DNA from: Saprospiraceae bacterium
Lineage (GTDB): Bacteria; Bacteroidota; Bacteroidia; Chitinophagales; Saprospiraceae
DNA length: 62,629 nucleotides
Direction: 5' to 3'
NCBI GenBank assembly: GCA_018224445.1
Contig: JAGTVA010000046.1
Span: 1 to 62,629, forward strand
Of this stretch, positions 45,205 through 54,346 are shown piece after piece; the first letter of the stretch is position 1; every line of letters starts with the position of its first letter. The notes beneath the pieces are model-generated. The model was given only the letters and a program-made list of their open reading frames with translations, was not told the DNA's origin and searched no databases. The position numbers and the translations under genes are program-made.

Positions 45205-46665
45205 ATGAAAAATATAAAAACAAGTGTTAATGAAACTTTGAGTCAGTGGAGACTGGATGAAAAAAAAGCCCTCAAGCTGATCAAAGTTGCCGGCGGCCTG
45301 CGTTTTGACCGTGGAATAGAACTTATCCTGTTCAGAAAAGACATTTACGACAGCAGACCCAGTGAAATAATCCACAACCACCGTTTTTCCAAAAACTATT
45401 CCTCTCAACCCATCGACATTGACCACACCCTGGATGTGGCCACTCAGATTGAGTCCATTGACGATCTCGCACCCTCGCGTATCGATATTGGGAAACTGGC
45501 AGCCGATTTTAAAGAACGCGCTGATATTAAACAGAATCTAAATGAATTTCTCCGCGATATATTCAAAAAAGCCATTCAAACTGAGGAGGCTCCCATTCAA
45601 GCTAAAGATATTGTATTGTACGGTTTTGGCCGAATTGGCCGCTTGTTGGCCAGACGGATCATTGAACTCACCGGGAGAGGTGATCAGCTTAGATTAAAAG
45701 CCGTTGTAATCCGATCAAAGTTGGCAGATAGAAAACTTGAATTGGAAAAGCGAGCCGCATTACTTCAGTCCGATTCTATTCACGGCGAATTTGGAGGGAG
45801 TGTCAAAGTCTCTCCTGAATCTTCAGAATGGATCATTAACGGCAACAGGGTTAAAGTGATATTTGCCAATAATCCTTCTGAAATCGATTACAAAAAACAC
45901 GGGATTGAAGGGGCTATGTTAATTGACAATACAGGAGTTTGGAGGGACAGGGCCGGACTTTCTGCTCATTTGCGCCCTGGAATTGACCAGGTTTTGTTTA
46001 CAGCTCCGGGAAAAGACATTCCCAATATCGTGTACGGTGTAAATCACCGGGACCTGAAAAATGATGAAAATGTGTTCTGTGCAGCTTCTTGTACAACCAA
46101 CGTAATCTCACCGGTGCTCAAGGTGCTGAACGATAAATTCGGTATTGAAAGCGGACATATAGAAACCATTCACGCCTATACCAGCGATCAAAATTTGTTG
46201 GATAATTTTCACAAAAAACCCAGGAGAGGCCGCGCCGCAGCTTTGAATATGGTACTTACCTCAACAGGTGCTGCCCAGGCTGTGGCCAAGGTTTTACCTG
46301 AACTCTCCGGAAAATTGACGGGCAATGCAGTGAGAGTTCCCACCCCCAATGTTTCACTGGCCGTTATGAATTTGGTGGTCAAGGAAACGGTTTCCGTAGA
46401 GACCATCAATGCAGAATTAAAACACGCATCTCTCTACGGCAATATGGTGGAGCAAATTCACTATTCCTCTGATCCGGAGTACGTCTCTACTCATGTAGTG
46501 GGTACTACCAGTGCCGCGGTCTTTGACGCCCCGAGCACCATTGTCTCCAAAAACGGCAAACAGGTAACAGTATACGCCTGGTACGACAATGAATACGGTT
46601 ACTGTTGCCAGGTGGTGAGATTGGCCAAATACGCAGCTCAGGTGAGGAGATTTGCATTTTATTAA
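45205..46665 (+). CDS. gap: Glyceraldehyde-3-phosphate dehydrogenase, long form with a ~133-aa N-terminal extension
   Basis: IVLYGFGRIGRLLAR Rossmann motif begins at about aa 136. Catalytic AASCTTN. Also WYDNEYGY. Confidence 0.85.
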   Translation: MKNIKTSVNETLSQWRLDEKKALKLIKVAGGLRFDRGIELILFRKDIYDSRPSEIIHNHRFSKNYSSQPIDIDHTLDVATQIESIDDLAPSRIDIGKLAADFKERADIKQNLNEFLRDIFKKAIQTEEAPIQAKDIVLYGFGRIGRLLARRIIELTGRGDQLRLKAVVIRSKLADRKLELEKRAALLQSDSIHGEFGGSVKVSPESSEWIINGNRVKVIFANNPSEIDYKKHGIEGAMLIDNTGVWRDRAGLSAHLRPGIDQVLFTAPGKDIPNIVYGVNHRDLKNDENVFCAASCTTNVISPVLKVLNDKFGIESGHIETIHAYTSDQNLLDNFHKKPRRGRAAALNMVLTSTGAAQAVAKVLPELSGKLTGNAVRVPTPNVSLAVMNLVVKETVSVETINAELKHASLYGNMVEQIHYSSDPEYVSTHVVGTTSAAVFDAPSTIVSKNGKQVTVYAWYDNEYGYCCQVVRLAKYAAQVRRFAFY

Positions 46666-46737
46666 TTTTAGCGAGTTTGAATGGTTGTCGAGTCAAACAT
46701 TTTTGTGCGTTGAACCGTTCTATAACAAACCCATAGA

Positions 46738-48333
46738 ATGGAAGAAAATAATACCAAATCGGGGACATATTGGATGTTGCAACCCATGGTGATAGCCCTG
46801 GTCCTCGCAGGTGGTTTTTTATTGGGGTGGTATTTTCAGAGAGATGGAAATCACAGTGTAATTAAAGGGCCCCATGGAACAGAAATTTCTTCCTATAATA
46901 AATTGGGTGAAATCCTCAATTTTATTCAGACCAAATACGTAGACAGTGTCGACATTGATCACCTGGCCGATGTAGCAGCAGGTGCAATGCTTAAAGAGCT
47001 CGATCCGCACTCTTATTATATTCCCAAAAAGGATGCTGAAGCCATCAATAACCGAATGCAGGGCAATATAGATGGAATTGGTGTGGAGTTTTTTCTATTT
47101 AAAGATACGGTGTATATCATTGATATTATATCCAACAGTCCGGCCGCAGATTCGGAATTGAGCAGAGGGGACGCTATTTTGTCCATAAACGACAGCCTGG
47201 TTTCTGGTTACCAGAGGGAAGTGAGTGAAATATTAGAGCTTTTCAGAAGTAGTGCTGACTCGGAAGTTAATTTAATTGTTTTCAGGGCTCTGGAGGGAGA
47301 ACAAATAAAAATAAACCTCTCCAGGAGTAAGGTTCCTGTTAAGAGCATCGGGTCCTCCTATATGATTGAAGAGGACCTTTTGTACATCAAGCTCAATTCA
47401 TTCAATTCCAGAAGCTATTCAGAATTTATGCAGGTAATTGAAGACGCAGTAAAAAATCGAAGCGAGATTAGTATCATTCTCGATTTGCGACACAATCCCG
47501 GTGGATATTTGCAAGAGGCCATTAAAATATTGAGTCAACTATTTCCCAGAGCAGGTACTACATTGGTAAAAACGAAAGGACTCCATAGCATTGAAAAAAC
47601 CTACAGGACCAGTGGAAGAAATTTTTTCTCCATCGACCGGGTTGCCGTTTTAATTGACGGGGCATCGGCCTCTGCCAGCGAAATCATAGCAGGAGTTATA
47701 CAAGACCTGGACAGGGGAATTGTCGTCGGAACCGAATCCTACGGAAAGGGTTCAGTACAGGAACACTACACCCTGAGGGACGAAAGTGCATTGAGATTGA
47801 CAGTTTCTAAATATTTCATCCCCTCCGGTCGATCCATCCTTAAAAACAAAAATGTTTTTTCGTCTGAAAATTCGGGGGATAGCAGTCAATTATATTACAC
47901 CAGCAACGGAAGGGAGGTTTTGCAGGGTAGTGGAATTACCCCCGATATTACGGTCGCCACTGATTCTATTTTTGTCCACTCCGATTTTAATCAAATTATG
48001 CAACTTGTCAATAAATTGGCTTTTAGCTATTTTATAGAACAACCCGATAAAGGGAAATCATTGACCACGGAAGACGTAAAACATAATATTTCCCAACAAT
48101 GGCAAGAAGAACTGCTGGAATTTGCCGGGGAGGATAAATTTGAATCTCAAGTCAATAGCTTTATAGAAAGTGATGCTGAAAAGTTGCATTCATTTTTAGT
48201 AGCCAGACTAGCGCGGTTTTTTCTTGGAGAAAACGCCTATTACGAAATTCTCAATCAAACCGATCCTGTGGTAAATAGTGCTCTGCATGCCCTGGACAAC
48301 GATTATCAAGCCATGCTATCAAATGCCAGGTAA
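46738..48333 (+). CDS. ctp: S41-family C-terminal processing peptidase with a PDZ domain
   Basis: PDZ ISNSPAADSELSRGDAILSIND. LDLRHNPGGYL. LIDGASASASEI (catalytic Ser). GTESYGKGSVQ (Lys). Confidence 0.85.
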   Translation: MEENNTKSGTYWMLQPMVIALVLAGGFLLGWYFQRDGNHSVIKGPHGTEISSYNKLGEILNFIQTKYVDSVDIDHLADVAAGAMLKELDPHSYYIPKKDAEAINNRMQGNIDGIGVEFFLFKDTVYIIDIISNSPAADSELSRGDAILSINDSLVSGYQREVSEILELFRSSADSEVNLIVFRALEGEQIKINLSRSKVPVKSIGSSYMIEEDLLYIKLNSFNSRSYSEFMQVIEDAVKNRSEISIILDLRHNPGGYLQEAIKILSQLFPRAGTTLVKTKGLHSIEKTYRTSGRNFFSIDRVAVLIDGASASASEIIAGVIQDLDRGIVVGTESYGKGSVQEHYTLRDESALRLTVSKYFIPSGRSILKNKNVFSSENSGDSSQLYYTSNGREVLQGSGITPDITVATDSIFVHSDFNQIMQLVNKLAFSYFIEQPDKGKSLTTEDVKHNISQQWQEELLEFAGEDKFESQVNSFIESDAEKLHSFLVARLARFFLGENAYYEILNQTDPVVNSALHALDNDYQAMLSNAR

Positions 48334-48416
48334 ATACAATTGTTCATTACTTGAGATCAGAGCTCGAATTTTTATAAATTGCATTGATTTTATTCGGGAT
48401 TTAAAAACCCAAAACA

Positions 48417-48902
48417 ATGACTAAAAAAGAGAAAATCGCTGTTTTTCCCGGATCATTTGATCCCATCACCTCAGGTCATGTAGATTTAGTCAAAAGGGCC
48501 GCCCCGGTTTTCGATACAATTATTGTTGCCATAGGAATCAATACCGAGAAACAGTATTTGTTCGATTTGGACCAAAGGATGAAATGGCTCAAATCTGTAT
48601 TTAAACCTTTTCCCAACGTGGAGGTGGATTATTTTGAAGGTCTTACCGCTGAATACTGCAAAAAAGTAAAGGCGAACTATTTGTTGAGAGGCTTGCGGAA
48701 CGCCTCTGATTTTGATTACGAAAAAACCATCTCACAACTCAATCAAATAATCGGTGGCAACCTGGAAACTGTCTTCCTGATCAGCCGCCCGGAATTTTCT
48801 CACATCAGTTCAACTATTGTTAGAGAGATCATAATCGGGGGTGGAGATGCTACCCCATTTTTGCCAAAAGAAATTGAAATATCACTACCAAAAGGTACCT
48901 AA
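48417..48902 (+). CDS. coaD: Pantetheine-phosphate adenylyltransferase
   Basis: AVFPGSFDPITSGHVDLVKRA (HxGH-type motif) and ISSTIVREI. Confidence 0.9.
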   Translation: MTKKEKIAVFPGSFDPITSGHVDLVKRAAPVFDTIIVAIGINTEKQYLFDLDQRMKWLKSVFKPFPNVEVDYFEGLTAEYCKKVKANYLLRGLRNASDFDYEKTISQLNQIIGGNLETVFLISRPEFSHISSTIVREIIIGGGDATPFLPKEIEISLPKGT

Positions 48903-49004
48903 TTGTCACTCTTACTAACGGACACAAAGCAATTTATTTATTTTTTTGTCTGTGTTATATCTTAAAAAGAATAAATTTAATTTTTAATAAAAACCAATTC
49001 TATT

Positions 49005-50636
49005 ATGTCTAATGCTATTTATACCCCGCCTTTTGCTTACAATGAGCCGGTATTGGATCACCAGCCCGGAAGCCCCGAAAGGGAGGAGCTGATAGCCGCT
49101 TTGGCCGAGGCCAAAGCCAATCCGGTGGATGTACCCATGTACATAGGAGGTGAAAAGGTATTTACGAAGGATAAAATTGAGATGAAATCGCCCTACGATC
49201 TGTCCATTAAATTGGGTACCTACAACAAGGGAACGGAGAAACATGTAAAACAAGCCATTCTGGCTGCCGCTGAAGCCAAGTCCAACTGGGAAGAAATGCC
49301 GTGGCAGGACAGGGCAGCTATATTTTTGAAAGCGGCTGACCTTTTGGTCGGGCCCTACAGAGCCAAAATGAATGCAGCCACCATGTTGGCTCAATCCAAA
49401 AACATCTACCAGGCTGAAATCGATTGCATCTGTGAACTGGCTGATTTTTGGAGATTCAATGTGCAATTCATGTACGAAATGTATCAAAATCAACCTGAAA
49501 GTGACCCTAAAATATGGAATAGAACGGAACACCGTCCATTGGAAGGGTTTGTATTTTCCATCACTCCATTTAATTTTACGGCCATTGCCGGAAATCTTCC
49601 CTCTGCTCCTGCTCTTATGGGGAATACCGTACTGTGGAAAGCCGCTGAAAGCCAAATTTATTCCGCTCGCGTTATCATGGAAATTTTGGAAGAAGCCGGA
49701 TTGCCCCCAGGAGTGATAAATTTGATTCATGTAGATGGTCCTGAAGCCGGAAACATCATTTTCTCCCACAGAGATTTTGCAGGCATACATTTTACAGGGA
49801 GTACCGGTGTTTTTAAAACCATATGGAAAAACATTGGGAATAATTTAGATAAATATCGATCTTTCCCTCGGATAGTGGGTGAGACCGGAGGTAAAGACTT
49901 TATCGTAGCTCACCACAATTGCAATGTGCAGGCCGTGGTTACGGCTATGACCAGAGGTGCATTCGAATTTCAGGGCCAAAAATGCTCTGCAGCTTCCAGG
50001 GCTTACATCCCGAAATCAATCTGGCCCGCGGTAAAGGAAAACTTTCTCAAGGATCTCAAGTCTTTAAAAATGGGGCCACCTGAGGATTTTACCAATTTTA
50101 TCAACGCGGTAATAGATGAAAAGGCATTTGATAAAATCACCAACTATATCGAACAAGCCAAAAAAGACAAAGAGGTAGAAATTATTTCAGGAGGTGGCTT
50201 CGACAAATCCAAAGGGTACTATATTGAACCCACTGTAATTGTGGCTTCAGACCCCAAATACAGGACCATGTGCGAGGAAATATTCGGACCAGTCCTATCC
50301 ATTTACGTTTACGAAGATGCAGAATTCGACGACGTACTCAAACTGGTGGACAACACTTCGCCCTACGCTTTGACAGGAGCTGTCTTTGCCAATGAGCGCG
50401 CAGTAATTGCCAGGGCAACGAAGGTGCTTCGCCACGCTGCCGGGAACTTCTATATCAACGACAAACCCACAGGGGCAGTAGTCGGCCAACAACCCTTTGG
50501 AGGGGCTCGTGGCTCTGGAACCAACGACAAAGCAGGTTCAAAACTCAACTTGTTCAGATGGGTATCTCAGCGAACCATCAAGGAAAACTTTGAGCCCGCA
50601 GAGGACTATCGCTACCACTTTATGAAGGAAGAGTAA
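49005..50636 (+). CDS. pruA: L-glutamate gamma-semialdehyde (1-pyrroline-5-carboxylate) dehydrogenase
   Basis: N-terminus PPFAYNEPVLDHQPGSPER. ETGGKDF (Glu). FEFQGQKCSAASR (catalytic Cys). 543 aa. Confidence 0.85.
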   Translation: MSNAIYTPPFAYNEPVLDHQPGSPEREELIAALAEAKANPVDVPMYIGGEKVFTKDKIEMKSPYDLSIKLGTYNKGTEKHVKQAILAAAEAKSNWEEMPWQDRAAIFLKAADLLVGPYRAKMNAATMLAQSKNIYQAEIDCICELADFWRFNVQFMYEMYQNQPESDPKIWNRTEHRPLEGFVFSITPFNFTAIAGNLPSAPALMGNTVLWKAAESQIYSARVIMEILEEAGLPPGVINLIHVDGPEAGNIIFSHRDFAGIHFTGSTGVFKTIWKNIGNNLDKYRSFPRIVGETGGKDFIVAHHNCNVQAVVTAMTRGAFEFQGQKCSAASRAYIPKSIWPAVKENFLKDLKSLKMGPPEDFTNFINAVIDEKAFDKITNYIEQAKKDKEVEIISGGGFDKSKGYYIEPTVIVASDPKYRTMCEEIFGPVLSIYVYEDAEFDDVLKLVDNTSPYALTGAVFANERAVIARATKVLRHAAGNFYINDKPTGAVVGQQPFGGARGSGTNDKAGSKLNLFRWVSQRTIKENFEPAEDYRYHFMKEE

Positions 50637-51213
50637 ACCACCCTTTTATTTGGGAGTAAGTGGTTAATTTATTTTTAATCAGAATCAGTTCAAGCCTCAT
50701 TAGGGATGCGACCGAAAGTCCATCCTTGATGAGGTTTTTTTCCACCATGACAAAAGCGTCGGACAGCGGCACTCTCAACAGTGTAATTTTTTCGGTTGAA
50801 TCCGGCTGAGGGTCTCCTGTCTCGAGGTCAAAAGCTACAAAACTTTTGGATATTTCATCGGTCACACTGTTGGACAATTGCATTTCCAGAAAAGGATAAA
50901 GATCTCTAGCAATAAGGCCTGTTTCTTCCTTCAGTTCCCTTAGGGCTTCCAGCTTATTGGATTTTTTCAATGCCCCGCCTCCCTCGGGTACCTCCCAACT
51001 GTAGGTATCTACAGGAAATCGGTATTGTCCCACCAAATAGGTGTGTAATTGCTCGTCGATGGGAACAATGGCCAGCGCTTCGTTCTTGAAGCCTACCACC
51101 CCGTAAATCCCATCCTCACCTGAAGGATCAATTACCTCGTAGTGATCCAGGCTTATCCAGGGATTTTCGTACACCGCTTTTTTATCTTTAATTTTCCAAT
51201 TACCCCTCTCCAT
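50620..51213 (-). CDS. NUDIX hydrolase (ADP-ribose pyrophosphatase-like)
   Basis: Nudix box GGALKKSNKLEALRELKEETGL. Its 3' end overlaps the pruA 3' end by 17 bp. Confidence 0.8.
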   Translation of the reverse strand: MERGNWKIKDKKAVYENPWISLDHYEVIDPSGEDGIYGVVGFKNEALAIVPIDEQLHTYLVGQYRFPVDTYSWEVPEGGGALKKSNKLEALRELKEETGLIARDLYPFLEMQLSNSVTDEISKSFVAFDLETGDPQPDSTEKITLLRVPLSDAFVMVEKNLIKDGLSVASLMRLELILIKNKLTTYSQIKGWFTLPS

Positions 51214-51242
51214 TTATAAAAAAATTGATAATTTGTTCAGCA

Positions 51243-51250
51243 CAAAGATA
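51243..51250 (-). promoter_or_regulatory. Candidate -7 box on the minus strand (TAtcTTTG) for the NUDIX gene
   Basis: Plus-strand caaagata, 30 nt upstream of the start at 51213. Confidence 0.4.
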
Positions 51251-51502
51251 AAGTTATACTTTTAGGGGACCGTAATTCAGACTTTAATCTTTGAATCGTT
51301 GCTATTTTCTATTTTATTCCCATTAACCTAAATTCCATTATTCTATCTGGCATAGATACTTATAACACATAAAAAAATTTCAAAAAGGACATTGCCAGAG
51401 TCTCTCGAAGGCAACAAATAACTTCCAACAAGCTCGTTGTCTAAAGCAATGCCTGAATTAATCCGAATTGCTCTCAATCTCAGAAATAAAATTACCCAAA
51501 TA

Positions 51503-51590
51503 CCGGGGCTTCGAAAGCCTCAGCCACCGGATATTAGTAGACAGAGGTAATCCCTGAGTACCATCGAAGGGTGGTCCTTGAGAACTGTCA
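51503..51590. repeat. GC-rich REP-like element, same word family as 19296-19445 but in inverted orientation
   Basis: ccggggcttcgaaagcctcagccaccgg...ggtaatccctgagtaccatcgaagggtggtccttgag. Its reverse complement contains cccttcgatggtactcaggga (compare cccttcggcagg...ctcagggacc at 19311-19345). Confidence 0.6.
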
Positions 51591-51698
51591 AATGGACTAT
51601 ACTTAAATTTGACCACTTCAATAATATAAAAATATAGAGTGGGAGTCAATACTTTCCCCAGGGTTGCTTAATTTCGCATTGTAAAAACCAAATAACTC

Positions 51699-52709
51699 AT
51701 GTCTGATTCCCCTCGCGAAAATACAAAATCCATTTACCTCCTGCACGGTGAGGAGAATTTTTTGATTAATAGAAAATTCAAACAACTCGAACGACAATCC
51801 ATAGAACCCGGCTTTGAGGAATTTAATAAATTTGTTTTTTACGGCCTGGACGCCAACGCTACCCACTTAATGGATCAGGCTACCACTTATCCCATGATGG
51901 GAGGGCGCCAATTGATTGTTTTAAAAAATGCACATCAATTTAAAAACTGGGACCAATTGCTCCCCTACGCCAAAAACCCCTCAGACTTCAGCACCTTCCT
52001 CATCGTTCATCCCGAAAAAAAAATAGATGGAAGGACCGCTTTTGTTAAAGCACTCAAAGACCTTGTAAAAAGGGGAAAAGCAGAGATATACGAAGCCAAA
52101 AAACTATACGACAACAAAGTGCCCGGTTGGATTTCAGAAGAGGTAAGCTCTCTGGGTTTTACCATCCAACCTAGAACTGCAGCTATGCTAGGGGAATACC
52201 TCGGAAACAACCTGGAGGGCATACTCAAAGAAGTGGACAAAATAATCCTCAACCTGGAAGAGGGCCAAAAGGAAATCACTCTGGACCACGTCAATAAATT
52301 TGTGGGTGTGTCGCGCAAATTCAGCGTTTTTGAGTTGCAGAAAGCCATGGCCTACGGAGAGGTGGATAAGGCTGCGACTATCGCTAATCTTATGAGTCAG
52401 GACCCAAAAACCAACCCCATTTATATGTTGACCGGGGCCTTGTTCAATTTCTTTTCCCGGGTGTATAAAGTACATGCTTTGAAATCTAAAAGAGATGCAG
52501 ATGTCGCCAAAGCCCTTAAGCTGGGCCATGCCTTTTTTGCAAAGGAGTACCTGTCCGCGGTTAGGTATTTCTCAAGAGAAAAATGCGAAGAAGTATTTGC
52601 CATTCTTTACGAATTCGATCTTCGGTCCAAGGGAATTGACAGTCCCACTGAGAAAGAAGACCGATTGTTACGGGCTATGGTGGCTCAAATTTTAACTAAA
52701 ATCGATTAG
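51699..52709 (+). CDS. holA: DNA polymerase III subunit delta
   Basis: IYLLHGEENFLI N-terminus, about 336 aa, and FELQKAM / LRSKG helical C-terminal domain typical of HolA. Confidence 0.75.
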   Translation: MSDSPRENTKSIYLLHGEENFLINRKFKQLERQSIEPGFEEFNKFVFYGLDANATHLMDQATTYPMMGGRQLIVLKNAHQFKNWDQLLPYAKNPSDFSTFLIVHPEKKIDGRTAFVKALKDLVKRGKAEIYEAKKLYDNKVPGWISEEVSSLGFTIQPRTAAMLGEYLGNNLEGILKEVDKIILNLEEGQKEITLDHVNKFVGVSRKFSVFELQKAMAYGEVDKAATIANLMSQDPKTNPIYMLTGALFNFFSRVYKVHALKSKRDADVAKALKLGHAFFAKEYLSAVRYFSREKCEEVFAILYEFDLRSKGIDSPTEKEDRLLRAMVAQILTKID

Positions 52710-52714
52710 GTAAA

Positions 52715-53287
52715 ATGAAAATAACCCTAATCGACAATTACGACTCCTTTACCCACCTGTTGTGGAGATTGGCTATGCAAGCCTGGAATACCGATGTAAA
52801 GGTAATTAAAAATGACTGCATCCAATGGGAGGACCTCGACCGCAGCGATCTCATTTTATTGTCACCAGGCCCCGGATTACCCGCCCAGGCAGGTGACCTG
52901 ATGGAGGTAATTGAACGGTATCACAATCAAAAATCCTTTTTGGGCATTTGTCTGGGACATCAGGCCCTGGCAGAGTTTTTCGGAGCCGAACTCCTCAATC
53001 TACCACAGGTGAGTCACGGCAAACGTTCAACCCTAAATATTTTGGAAAGGAAGGGGCTTTTTAAAGATATAAAAACGCCACTGCATACCGGTCGATATCA
53101 CTCCTGGGTGGTCAATCCAAATTCTATGCCCGAAGAATTGTGTGTCAGTTGTGAAGATGAGGAGGGTGAAATCATGGGAATTCGACACCGAAGTTTGCCC
53201 ATTGAGGGTCTACAGTTCCACCCTGAATCCTATATGACGACCTCGGGAATTGAAATGTTAAAAGGGTTTTATCCCCCATTCAGGTAG
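52715..53287 (+). CDS. Glutamine amidotransferase component II of anthranilate/aminodeoxychorismate synthase
   Basis: LLSPGPGLP, GICLGHQAL (catalytic Cys) and LQFHPES (His/Glu) class-I GATase triad. TrpG versus PabA cannot be decided without context. Confidence 0.8.
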   Translation: MKITLIDNYDSFTHLLWRLAMQAWNTDVKVIKNDCIQWEDLDRSDLILLSPGPGLPAQAGDLMEVIERYHNQKSFLGICLGHQALAEFFGAELLNLPQVSHGKRSTLNILERKGLFKDIKTPLHTGRYHSWVVNPNSMPEELCVSCEDEEGEIMGIRHRSLPIEGLQFHPESYMTTSGIEMLKGFYPPFR

Positions 53288-53352
53288 GGTCTGATTTATG
53301 CATGCTGCAAAGGGATTCCCACCTGCGTTTTACTTATTTCGAAAAAGAGTTT

Positions 53353-54063
53353 TTATCCCATATTGGTAAAAACAGACTGCACATCCTCGTCGTCCTCCAA
53401 TTTATCGATGAGTTTTTCGATTTCTGGCATCTGGTCGTCACTGAATTCAACAGGAGTAGTGGGAAACCGCTGAAGGTTTGCTTTTGTAACTTCTATATTC
53501 AATTCTTCAAAAGCGTTGACCAGGCTTCCGAAACTTGTAAAATCACCATAGGCGTAAATCGTGTTTTCATCCTGTTCAAATTCCTCCAATCCGGAATCGA
53601 TGAGTTGGAGTTCGAGCTCTTCCAGATCCATACCCTCATTAAATTCAAACTCAATGACAGCTCTTCTGTTAAACAAAAATTCAAGAGAACCGGTAGGGGC
53701 GAGTTGTCCCCCGCATTTATTGAAATAGGACTTTACATTGGCCACGGTACGGGTGGTATTGTCTGTAGCACATTCGACGAATACCAAAAGGCCGTGTGGG
53801 CCCTTTCCCTCGTAATTGATCTCCACAAAATCTTCAGAATCCTTACCCTCAGCGCGTTTTATGGCATTTTCAATATTGTCTTTTGGCATGTTATTGGCCT
53901 TGGCATTGGCTATAGCCAACCTCAGTTTAGAGTTGGTCTCCGGATCTGAACCTCCCTCCCTGGCAGCCAGTGTTATGGCCCGTGTCAATTTGGGAAACAA
54001 ACGGGACATATTGCCCCACCTCTTTTCCTTTGCGGCTCTTCTGTATTCAAATGCTCTTCCCAT
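53353..54063 (-). CDS. yebC: YebC/PmpR-family DNA-binding transcriptional regulator
   Basis: [23 protein letters not shown]...[18 protein letters not shown] signature. Confidence 0.9.
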   Translation of the reverse strand: MGRAFEYRRAAKEKRWGNMSRLFPKLTRAITLAAREGGSDPETNSKLRLAIANAKANNMPKDNIENAIKRAEGKDSEDFVEINYEGKGPHGLLVFVECATDNTTRTVANVKSYFNKCGGQLAPTGSLEFLFNRRAVIEFEFNEGMDLEELELQLIDSGLEEFEQDENTIYAYGDFTSFGSLVNAFEELNIEVTKANLQRFPTTPVEFSDDQMPEIEKLIDKLEDDEDVQSVFTNMG

Positions 54064-54346
54064 GATCGGTGTTATTTATAAAAATTGACTGAACTTATTC
54101 AAAAGGTGACTTAGTGAATCAGACAGGTAAAGTTAGAGTAAGTTGAAATATCTCAGGTAGAAAACCTTCATTTTTTAGAGTAAAAAATGTTGACGAAGTC
54201 ATTAATAACCATAGATCCCACATGGTTGGTTTGCAGTTCCCCGATTTACAGAAAAACTGCTTATACCTGTAATTTTGTTTTATTTAATTATATCTTTCCT
54301 GAATATCTTTCATGTTAATGATGGAAAAACACAAACTCAAGGGATT

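Noticed and set aside
48984-49790. 268-aa ORF antisense to pruA
   Set aside because: It lies entirely within the well-supported P5C dehydrogenase gene, has no recognisable domain and has a skewed composition. It is a shadow ORF.
53302-53949. 215-aa ORF antisense to yebC
   Set aside because: The YebC frame has the canonical N-terminal signature. The opposite-strand ORF has no motif and no plausible promoter.
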